IMG/VR virus record: IMGVR_UViG_3300029258_005166
Coordinates: 1-64,000 of that record
Source of the DNA: a virus
DNA length: 64,000 bases
Reading direction: 5' to 3' (one strand)
Positions 46,903-54,790 of the stretch are shown in pieces (position 1 is the stretch's first letter; the number at the start of each line of letters is the position of its first letter). Position numbers and translations under genes: made by a program. The notes beneath the pieces are model-generated. The model was not told the origin of the DNA and did not search any database. It saw nothing but the letters and a program-made list of their open reading frames with translations.

Positions 46903-47676
46903 TTATTTTTTCCTGCCCATAATCTGAGCATCAAGATCGGTTGTTGCTTTTCTTGGATTCATCCAAAACTTTGGATATTGGGCACTGAAGTAAGCGGGCG
47001 GATAATTGGCACTCCAACCAGTACGAGCCCGTTGTTCTTCAGTCGCTTCCTCTCCCTTCGGGGAATCTGTTTCTTCACCTTGAGGAACATCTGCGGGTTC
47101 AGCGGCAGGTTCTTCACCGATTCTGGTTTGCGGTGCGAATCCGGGTTCACCCGGTTTTGGACCGATACCATCCCAGAATCTTTCATTTGGGTCAGCATTA
47201 ACCATACGATTTACGCTGGTCCACCAGCCTTTTTCCTCATCTGTTAAAGTGGATTCCTTTTTCATCCCTTTGCCACAATTTTTGCCGGAACACTTCTTCT
47301 TGAACTTGGGCTCAAGATCTTCGTCTTCGTCGCCATTGCCGAGTTTCTTCTTCAGCTTAATCTTGATGTCCTCTTCACCCTCGTCTTCTTCTTCCTCGGG
47401 CTCTTCTTCCTCGGGCTCTTCAACATCAACATCGGGCTTCTCTTCAACATCAATGTCTTCTTCATCTTCTTCTTCGGGCTCGGGTTCGGGCTCTACGTCA
47501 GCAAGCATTTTTTTCTTGCCTTTCTTCTTTTTGGCCTCTTCCAGGGCTTCATCCTCTTCCAGTTCAGGATGGGAACCCATAACACCCAGCGAATTGGGAG
47601 TGCGAAGACCGAGGGGTGTAGGCCCTGCGGCTAGAAAGGATTCGTTGTAAAGTTTGTAATCTTTATAGGATAGCAT
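46903..47676 (-). CDS. Highly acidic protein with CTS-like N-terminus (MLSYKDYKLYNE); prohead core/internal protein candidate
   Basis: Poly-E and poly-K tracts; CTATATA at 47713-47719; GAGGT RBS. Confidence 0.75.
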   Translation of the reverse strand: MLSYKDYKLYNESFLAAGPTPLGLRTPNSLGVMGSHPELEEDEALEEAKKKKGKKKMLADVEPEPEPEEEDEEDIDVEEKPDVDVEEPEEEEPEEEEDEGEEDIKIKLKKKLGNGDEDEDLEPKFKKKCSGKNCGKGMKKESTLTDEEKGWWTSVNRMVNADPNERFWDGIGPKPGEPGFAPQTRIGEEPAAEPADVPQGEETDSPKGEEATEEQRARTGWSANYPPAYFSAQYPKFWMNPRKATTDLDAQIMGRKK

Positions 47677-47728
47677 TGATCTACCTCACTTAAGTTGTCG
47701 CGATAACTAATTTATATAGGAGGTTGCC

Positions 47729-48565
47729 ATGAAAAAATGGACAATTTTACTACTAGCGTTATTGCTCCTGGTCCTCTGGATCAAAAAGACCCGAAATACC
47801 GGACCTCGGTATATATCCGAGGGAGAGATCGTCCAACCGGGCGAAATCAGCCCGATTCCTCCGGGAGTAGTTATCCCGGTTGTAAAGGAAATCAATGAGC
47901 GAAATTGGCAAATTCAGAGTGTTATATTCAGGGAAATCAAGCTTCGTTTCAAAGAAGGTGTGTTTAGTATTGGACTGCATGGCGATATGTTTTACGAGAA
48001 ATCCAGGAATTTTCAAGCTGAACTTAGATCGGTTTTTGGAAAGGAACTGGAACTGGGTTCCAATGACACTTACTTTTGGTTTTGGTCCCGAAGAATGGAG
48101 CCTCCCGCGATCTTCTATTGCCGACATGATGAGATGCACAAATCTAGACTACGGACTCCTTTTAATCCCGTCTGGATTATTGAATCTCTTGGTTTAGGAG
48201 AGATTTCAACACAGGACGCTCAGGTAGAAATGATGGGCAAATATTGTAAGATTGTCCAAATGAGGAGAAGCACACTGGGAAAAATGGTCAAGAAAACGAC
48301 CTTAATCGATTGCCAGAAAAAGGCCATCATTGGTCATTACATTCACGACAACAATCAACTAATTGTGAGTAGTGAAGTTGAAGAGTTTTCCCATCTAGAT
48401 GGATTTATGATTCCGAAGAAAGTTTGTGTTATTTGGCATGAAGAAAAAGTCGTTCTTCACTGGGATTTTCTGGAACCGGCATACATCAAGACAGGAAGTC
48501 CGCGTCTTAACATCGATTGGAAAATGCCTCGCGGAAAATTGATGATCGACATGGCTACTTATTGA
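47729..48565 (+). CDS. Membrane-anchored/exported protein, possibly LolA-like fold
   Basis: Signal anchor; ELGSND.YFWFW motif. Confidence 0.7.
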   Translation: MKKWTILLLALLLLVLWIKKTRNTGPRYISEGEIVQPGEISPIPPGVVIPVVKEINERNWQIQSVIFREIKLRFKEGVFSIGLHGDMFYEKSRNFQAELRSVFGKELELGSNDTYFWFWSRRMEPPAIFYCRHDEMHKSRLRTPFNPVWIIESLGLGEISTQDAQVEMMGKYCKIVQMRRSTLGKMVKKTTLIDCQKKAIIGHYIHDNNQLIVSSEVEEFSHLDGFMIPKKVCVIWHEEKVVLHWDFLEPAYIKTGSPRLNIDWKMPRGKLMIDMATY

Positions 48566-48764
48566 GCTTTCGTCTGGCGATCTGGGCTCTTCGCTTTCGT
48601 TCGATAGTTATCCGACTATCCTGTCTCTCGCTATTGGCCGATTTAAGAGCCTTCAACTGTTGCCGTCTCGATGGCACTCGATTGATTCCCCCTTTCGCAG
48701 GCCGTGGTCCAATTGTGGGTCTACGACCATGTCTGCGACCACTTCCACATCCACATCCTGGCAT
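48555..48764 (-). CDS. Small basic GCGC-motif protein
   Basis: MPGCGCGSGRR..., Arg-rich; GAGGTG RBS. Confidence 0.7.
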   Translation of the reverse strand: MPGCGCGSGRRHGRRPTIGPRPAKGGINRVPSRRQQLKALKSANSERQDSRITIERKRRAQIARRKLNK

Positions 48765-48771
48765 TTGCACC

Positions 48772-48900
48772 TCACAAGATTTTGGTTTCTTTGTGTTTAA
48801 CTAATTTTCGCTGCGTGTTCCGGTTCTTTTTTAGACTACGACGCTTCACAAGACCTGAACGACCGCCCTTTTTTCCGCCGCCTCTACATCCACAACCCAT
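48772..48900 (-). CDS. 42-aa basic GCGC-motif protein (not in ORF track)
   Basis: MGCGCRGGGKKGGRSGLVKRRSLKK...; TAATG coupling with the sigma gene. Confidence 0.65.
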   Translation of the reverse strand: MGCGCRGGGKKGGRSGLVKRRSLKKNRNTQRKLVKHKETKIL

Positions 48901-49556
48901 TATTTTTCTAAGCCTCCCTTTTTCAGCCGTCGAAGTAGGTCTTTCTTTGCTTGGTGAATCGCTCTTTTGACCGTTCCTATAGGAAGATCTTCTTCTTGAG
49001 CAATCTCACTAATTTTCATTCCATCGAAATATTGCTTCATCAAGAATCTAGTTCGTCTTTCACTATATCCTCCCTCTGCAAGCATTGCCTGCAAAGCTCG
49101 ATACATGAGTTCTTTGTGTTCATGTTCTGAAGCCAAAGTGGTTGGATCATCTTTCGAAGAGATGCTCGGAAGACCAAATCCGACTTTACCCATTTTCTTA
49201 GGGCTCATTTTTAAGACGGTTTCCCCCGGATCAGAAACGGTAGATATTTTTTGTCTACGGTAATAGTTGGCCATCGTATTGCGAATGACCGACCAGATCC
49301 AATTTTGAAAATTCTTGGGAGGGGCCTTTTCCATTGCTTGGATTATTCTTTGAATAACCTCTTGTGTAATATCTTCAGCATCTTGTTGGTTCTTGCTTTT
49401 TCGTAGAATAGCTGAAAAGATTTTTCTCTCCCACCTTGCTAGAAGATTCGCAAGTGCAGACCGGTCCCCTTCTTTTGCGGCAGCTACAAGAACTTGGTCC
49501 TCTGTATCTTCCGAAAATAGCGGGTCATCATTTAACCAGTCTCGAAAATCCATCAT
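48900..49556 (-). CDS. ECF-type sigma factor with CTS-like N-terminus (MMDFRDWLNDD)
   Basis: DAEDITQE, F.NWI..VIRN...NYYR, EIA...LPIGTVKRAIH. Confidence 0.92.
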   Translation of the reverse strand: MMDFRDWLNDDPLFSEDTEDQVLVAAAKEGDRSALANLLARWERKIFSAILRKSKNQQDAEDITQEVIQRIIQAMEKAPPKNFQNWIWSVIRNTMANYYRRQKISTVSDPGETVLKMSPKKMGKVGFGLPSISSKDDPTTLASEHEHKELMYRALQAMLAEGGYSERRTRFLMKQYFDGMKISEIAQEEDLPIGTVKRAIHQAKKDLLRRLKKGGLEK

Positions 49557-51685
49557 TGTTCCTGTTCTGGGGATTTGGGGGGAGAGAAAGGCTTGCTAAT
49601 TCTTTCTCGTTGCTCCGGTGATGTTAAAGGGGAAAGTCCTCGTATCATTTGTTCTCTTTCGGCCTTTCTTCTTTTAGCTTCTTCTTCCGGTAGTCCGTAC
49701 AGTAGATGTTTCAATGGAATCATTTCTGATACCTTGGCATATCCATGTGTCACAGGAATCTTAATTGTTTTAAGGGCATTCCTTCCTTTATCGAGCCAAT
49801 TGTTGACCATACCTGTTGTCGCTGGAATAAATGGCAACATCGTATCTGTGAGGCTGTCAATCAAATCTTTTAACTCAAATATGGCAATAGCATTTCCCGA
49901 TTTCCAAGGAGCTTTCTGTAATTGACGCAAGTAATCTCGTATATCATGGATAACGTTGTGTACAGCAACCGTTTGCTGTCTCGTTCTCTTGTCAAGTTCT
50001 TTTCTTCGCTCCACGATAGCGTCAAACATTCTGCTGTGTCCTCTTCCCAAGGAACTTCCTTCGCCGCGTCCCAGCTTCGCAATCTTTTTTACCCCAGCCA
50101 AAGCCTTCTCCAAATGTTCCTGGCTCCTTTGTGCCATTTGTGTTGTGTGCTTTTCTTGGCCTGCTGCCGAGGGCCTTTGCATCGGAACGATCTTTTGTCC
50201 TCGCACTTGGGGAACAGGAGGAAGAGCCCACAAGGGGATTCTAATCATGAGTTGATTCAGCCTGTCTTCTCTCCCCTTCCACAATTTATGTTCTTTGCTC
50301 CCCGGCCTATGTTTGTATCTTTGATTGGTTGCGTTATTCCAATCTTTTTTCATTTGTTGAAGCAGTGTGTCTACGGCTGCCATTTGTTCATCAAGCAATC
50401 GGTCAATCTCCGCTTTGTTTTTAAAGACGTTCTCATTAAGGGTTTTTTGAATATCATTCGGCAATTTGGCTATAACATTCGGTGCCGAACGCATAAAATC
50501 CTCTGATCTCTCTTTCCGTGCCTCATGCTCCAGTTTGTTCCATTCCGCCGCACAATGTCGTTGAGCCCCTCCTTCTTTTAGTCCCACCGATCTCATTCCA
50601 GCACTAATGTGTGGTTCGTATTCGCCCCGTTCATTTTTATTGAAACCATAGTAACAAAGCAATATCATTGCTTGTCGATAACCCTCATCCCCGGTCTGCT
50701 TCAACTGCTCTAATGCTCGAAATAGTAGTTCTTCTCTCTCCGATTGCATTAACTCTCTGTCGGGAATTTTGAATGGTGAGCGGCCAAAAGTCTCTGCCCC
50801 ACCACCGGGTCGTTGGCCACCTTTGCCCGTTACGACGGTTGGGGCGGTTTCTCTGCCCATTACTGGATCTCCCACTCGACCCCGTCTAGCACCTCCAATA
50901 CCAAGACCCGGCTCCCATTCTTCTCCTTCCTCGCCAGCACCGATTTCAGTCGGAACCATGAGGTGACCCCTCTTTTTTTCTCTCGCCTGTATTTGGGCAA
51001 TCTGCTCTGGACTCATTCCCCGATATTTTTCGGCCTCTTTTTCAGCTTTCTCTTCGGGAGTCATTTCTACCGACTGAAAAAAAGGTTTTGCCCTTAGTTT
51101 TTCCTGAGTCCGAAGGATGTCGCTTCCACGCTTTGCTAGGAGAGGCATATATGCTGCTACACCTCGCTGAAAAATATCACTGATCGGCTTGTATTGTCCT
51201 TTTGATTTCTCGGTAATCTGTGTGAGTAATTTTTCAAACATCGGACCAATAATTTCAAGAGCCCTTTCAGGGTTGCCTGTTTTTCGTTCGGCGGCTGTCC
51301 TCGCTACTTCAAACAATTCCCCGATTACGTCCCTGGCTCGTTCTATGTCGTTCGCAAGTGCCACCGCATTTGGATATCGTTGTCGAGCCTCCTCGGGCAT
51401 ACCTCGTTCTAGTTGTTCGGGACTCATGGCATCTAGAATACTAACCGCCTTTCCACGTTGTTGGCTAAGTGTTGCCATCTTCTCCTCTACAGCCGCACGT
51501 TCTTGACGTGACAATTGCTTAGATGCCTCCTCTTTTAGCTGGGCATGCCAACGCATAGTATGGGCAGCATCGATATACTTCTGCTCATCTCCTCCTTGTT
51601 CCAGAAAGAGACAAACGGCTTCAACGACAACCCGCTTAATATCTTGAACGTTTTCTTCTAAGCAGAGCCATTCCCTAAACAACAT
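49553..51685 (-). CDS. 710-aa expanded sigma-like protein with CTS-like N-terminus (MLFREWLCLEE)
   Basis: Three blocks align by eye with the adjacent ECF sigma; GAGGT RBS and CTATATA upstream of 51685. Confidence 0.65.
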   Translation of the reverse strand: MLFREWLCLEENVQDIKRVVVEAVCLFLEQGGDEQKYIDAAHTMRWHAQLKEEASKQLSRQERAAVEEKMATLSQQRGKAVSILDAMSPEQLERGMPEEARQRYPNAVALANDIERARDVIGELFEVARTAAERKTGNPERALEIIGPMFEKLLTQITEKSKGQYKPISDIFQRGVAAYMPLLAKRGSDILRTQEKLRAKPFFQSVEMTPEEKAEKEAEKYRGMSPEQIAQIQAREKKRGHLMVPTEIGAGEEGEEWEPGLGIGGARRGRVGDPVMGRETAPTVVTGKGGQRPGGGAETFGRSPFKIPDRELMQSEREELLFRALEQLKQTGDEGYRQAMILLCYYGFNKNERGEYEPHISAGMRSVGLKEGGAQRHCAAEWNKLEHEARKERSEDFMRSAPNVIAKLPNDIQKTLNENVFKNKAEIDRLLDEQMAAVDTLLQQMKKDWNNATNQRYKHRPGSKEHKLWKGREDRLNQLMIRIPLWALPPVPQVRGQKIVPMQRPSAAGQEKHTTQMAQRSQEHLEKALAGVKKIAKLGRGEGSSLGRGHSRMFDAIVERRKELDKRTRQQTVAVHNVIHDIRDYLRQLQKAPWKSGNAIAIFELKDLIDSLTDTMLPFIPATTGMVNNWLDKGRNALKTIKIPVTHGYAKVSEMIPLKHLLYGLPEEEAKRRKAEREQMIRGLSPLTSPEQRERISKPFSPPKSPEQEQ

Positions 51686-51738
51686 TTGTATTACCTCACT
51701 GGAGTATATAGGATTTTCGTCTCCATTTAGTGAGGTAG

Positions 51739-51769
51739 TCGCCCGCTCCCGCATTGCGGGAGCGGGCGA
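51739..51769. repeat. Perfect 14-bp hairpin, CCCGC-AAT-GCGGG core on minus strand
   Basis: TCGCCCGCTCCCGC ATT GCGGGAGCGGGCGA. Confidence 0.8.
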
Positions 51770-51775
51770 GCTTGT

Positions 51776-52678
51776 TTATTGATTCTTAAGCCATTTATAG
51801 TATTCTCGGATTCCTGCTTTAATATCAAATTTTGGATTCCATTTGAGCTTACTAACAGCTTTTATGACACTGCATTCGGTGTGATTTTGGTAACTTTGTT
51901 CATAAGGATTTGGGATATATTCGGGAGAAATCTCGGTTTCCATAACCTCGTTCCAGGCTTCGACGATATCGTTGAATGAGACGGCTTTACCAAAACCGAC
52001 GTTGAAAATACCGCTACCTGAATACTGGCTTGCCAACAGATTGATTTTAACTACGTCTTCGATGTAGCACCAATCTCGTTTTTGCTCTCCATCTGAGAAC
52101 AATTTGGGGGATTCTCCATTCTTCATCTTTTGGTAGATCTGATATACCATACTGGCTCTTTTTCCTTTATGGCTCTCTCCTGGTCCGTAGACGTTGCAAT
52201 ATCTGAGTCCAATAATGTTTGCTCTAACCTCGTCGGAAAAATTCTTGGCGAAGCTATCGAACAGGGCTTTCGAAATACCATAAGTGTTGAGAGGCCTTAT
52301 ATAGGTCATGTCGTCTTCTCGATACGGGACACAAGCATCTCCGTAAACTGCTGTGGAAGAAGCATAGACAAATTGTCTGCATCCGCCCTCATAGGCCTTT
52401 CTAAATAGCTCTTTTGGGGCTTCAACATTTGCTCGACTCATTTCGCGAGAATCGTTATCTAAAGTATCGTTATTAGCTGCTTGATGGAAAACGATATCTA
52501 AACTTTTCACTTCTTTCCAGTCAATTCCGGTTAGATGGCAATTAAGCAATTTAACTTTGCCGGGCAACTTATTTTCTGTTTGGCATCCCGTAGCAGTTAC
52601 CGAATGCCCCAATTCTACTAGAATTTTTACTAAATTTGAACCAATAAAGCCTGTTCCCCCCGTGACTAACACTCGCAT
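51776..52678 (-). CDS. gmhD: ADP-L-glycero-D-manno-heptose 6-epimerase-like SDR
   Basis: VTGGTGFIGSNL, FHQAA, YASS.AVYG, PLN.YG.SK, LRY.NVYGP.E.HKG..AS. Confidence 0.85.
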   Translation of the reverse strand: MRVLVTGGTGFIGSNLVKILVELGHSVTATGCQTENKLPGKVKLLNCHLTGIDWKEVKSLDIVFHQAANNDTLDNDSREMSRANVEAPKELFRKAYEGGCRQFVYASSTAVYGDACVPYREDDMTYIRPLNTYGISKALFDSFAKNFSDEVRANIIGLRYCNVYGPGESHKGKRASMVYQIYQKMKNGESPKLFSDGEQKRDWCYIEDVVKINLLASQYSGSGIFNVGFGKAVSFNDIVEAWNEVMETEISPEYIPNPYEQSYQNHTECSVIKAVSKLKWNPKFDIKAGIREYYKWLKNQ

Positions 52679-52867
52679 AATTTCTCCCCTTTTTTAGCAT
52701 TTCCCTCTGGCGTAATCTAGTCTGATTTGTTAAAATTGTCAATATGAATGATGTAGAAAAAACCCTTCTAGAAGAGAAACAAAGGTTCCTTTTGAAAATA
52801 ATAGAGTGGGCCCAAAAGCATGGTAAGAAAGTCGAACTACTGACTATGAGTGAAATTTTAAAGGCCG

Positions 52868-52981
52868 CTAGGTGTAAACTCTAGGTTTATGTAGCAAAGG
52901 TTTGCCTTTGCGAACTAATTTTTCTCGCCTTTGCTGGCTCTTAGTACGTTCTTGTTTCTGAAGCCACTCTCGGAAATTCAT
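52868..52981 (-). CDS. 37-aa basic protein with CTS-like N-terminus (MNFREWLQKQE; not in ORF track)
   Basis: CTAAATA 4 nt before ATG; shared motif. Confidence 0.65.
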   Translation of the reverse strand: MNFREWLQKQERTKSQQRREKLVRKGKPLLHKPRVYT

Positions 52982-52985
52982 ACCC

Positions 52986-53010
52986 TATTTAGACATTAGG
53001 CGACTAGATA
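52986..53010. promoter_or_regulatory. Back-to-back putative late promoters (CTAAATA minus, CTAGATA plus)
   Basis: Each lies 4-7 nt before the ATG of a CTS-motif gene. Confidence 0.6.
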
Positions 53011-53017
53011 TGGTTGT

Positions 53018-53329
53018 ATGAAACCCATGAATTTTCGAGAGTTTGTTTATCAAGAAAAACCTCGACAGAATTATGCTGATATCGAGGTTGCGAATCTCTA
53101 TTTTCACAATCAACTTAAAGTCAGGGAGATTTCCGAACTAACCGGCAGATCAATTGGTGAAATTTACAGGGTAATTCGCATACAAGGTGAACCAAATCGA
53201 AAACGGCGAGATCAAGGAAACGTAATCGCCCTGGCCGATTCGGGCCTTGGACTCAGAACAATTTCCGATCTTACGGGCTACACAACTAGGCATATTCGAA
53301 ATATCTTGAAAAATGGTAAGTCCGACTGA
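53018..53329 (+). CDS. Tandem double-HTH DNA-binding protein with CTS-like N-terminus (MKPMNFREFVYQE)
   Basis: VREISELTGRSIGEIYRVI and LRTISDLTGYTTRHIRNIL. Confidence 0.8.
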   Translation: MKPMNFREFVYQEKPRQNYADIEVANLYFHNQLKVREISELTGRSIGEIYRVIRIQGEPNRKRRDQGNVIALADSGLGLRTISDLTGYTTRHIRNILKNGKSD

Positions 53330-54107
53330 CATAACCTTCGTTTATTCTGGTGGCGAGACAAATCGAGAGATAGAGTCTTCCTTAGGTGGTAGTGCGTCAA
53401 TCTATCCTATCGTAGAAGGATTAAACAACCTTTTCCCAAACATAGAAGAATCGAGCATCCAGAATACCGATTTTACCGACTATCGTTGTCTCTATATGTT
53501 CAATGATAGCTTAATAGATCCCTTCTCCAATGTCACAATTGCCATGTCAGAGAATCTTGAAGTCTTTATTGGATTAGATGAATTTCTTGATGACGAGCAA
53601 TCTGTTTTGATTACAGGAACAGCTACCGGAGGATCAGTAACTCTCAAATACGAAGAGACAAACCTTGTTTGGAATTATGATGCAGATGTAGACACATGGG
53701 CGAACAATTTAAAAATAGCCTTAAACAATTTGTCGGTTCTTTCTGAGGTTGTCGTGACTGGAATCAGCATTGTTGGGGGAACTCTTTTTACGGCAACATT
53801 TGCAGGAGCCGATGGAAATCGAAACCACCAACTGCTTGAATTGGTTTCCAATGACTTGACTGGAATCACTGATATTACTATTGAAAAAGAAATTGAAGGT
53901 GGGCCCATCAACAAAACCACCACAACAATAGCAACTCCAACTGTTTCTCCTGCTAATGTTGCCTTTGGGCAACCAATTCTTGAGGTCTGGGAAATTGGAA
54001 ATATGCATCCCGGTGACCGACTGCCAATTTGGGTAAAGAGAAATATTCTTCAAGGAACTACTCCTTTAATTAGCGACGGCGTGTCGTTAACAATTGAGGG
54101 AGACTAA
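53313..54107 (+). CDS. Putative virion structural protein
   Basis: Acidic, Thr/Gly-rich beta protein; SLGG, DYRC.Y, PIWVKR. Confidence 0.6.
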   Translation: MVSPTDITFVYSGGETNREIESSLGGSASIYPIVEGLNNLFPNIEESSIQNTDFTDYRCLYMFNDSLIDPFSNVTIAMSENLEVFIGLDEFLDDEQSVLITGTATGGSVTLKYEETNLVWNYDADVDTWANNLKIALNNLSVLSEVVVTGISIVGGTLFTATFAGADGNRNHQLLELVSNDLTGITDITIEKEIEGGPINKTTTTIATPTVSPANVAFGQPILEVWEIGNMHPGDRLPIWVKRNILQGTTPLISDGVSLTIEGD

Positions 54108-54790
54108 TGGAGTGTCCGCTAACCGGTAAACCTTGCGAAAAACCTAAACCTTATTCGATTACCGAAATAGAAAATGGGCAAGTGTACACTTTTAAACTTT
54201 GTGAAGATTGCATTCTTGCCTATATCGAAAAACAGAAAAGCAATCCAGTTCAAAAGACGGTAAATGTGATACAGAAACTCGTAAAAACTCTTGGCACATT
54301 ATTGGGGATGTTAACCAAGACTAAACCCGAACCCGAACCCGAACCTGAATCCAAACCCGAAAAGATTCTATCATCAATGGATATTCGTTGTCCTGTTTGT
54401 GGTTCAGCATTTACGGACTTGGCATCTAAAATGAAATTTGGTTGTCCCCAATGCTTCGAAACATTCTCAGGGCCAACTATTCATCTTGTTAAAACGCTTC
54501 AAGATGGTTTAAAACATGTAGGGAAGGTTCCCAAAACACATGGAGTAAGTCATAAATCGAAAAAGAAAATCAACCCTGCCAGATATCTTGCCATCAAACA
54601 AGGCCAGATGGAAGATGCGGTTGTTGCAGAAGATTATGAGAAGGCCGCTTTAATTCGCGATCAGATGCAGATTTTTGAAAATCTCATTCATTCGTTCAAA
54701 GAAGCATCAGAGCAAAAAGATCAACAGCGAATTGTTGTCACTTATCGTGAGATTCGCAAATTTGTGGATAACGATCAGGACTACGGCTAA
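54107..54790 (+). CDS. mcsA: McsA-like protein (CxxC motifs plus UVR domain)
   Basis: LCEDC, CPVC, FGCPQCFETF, HVGKVP, AV..EDYEKAA.IRD. Confidence 0.82.
   Translation: MECPLTGKPCEKPKPYSITEIENGQVYTFKLCEDCILAYIEKQKSNPVQKTVNVIQKLVKTLGTLLGMLTKTKPEPEPEPESKPEKILSSMDIRCPVCGSAFTDLASKMKFGCPQCFETFSGPTIHLVKTLQDGLKHVGKVPKTHGVSHKSKKKINPARYLAIKQGQMEDAVVAEDYEKAALIRDQMQIFENLIHSFKEASEQKDQQRIVVTYREIRKFVDNDQDYG

Noticed and set aside
47249-47650. Ser-rich 133-aa ORF and many similar antisense ORFs in the track
   Set aside because: These are shadows of real genes on the opposite strand (here the poly-Glu protein).
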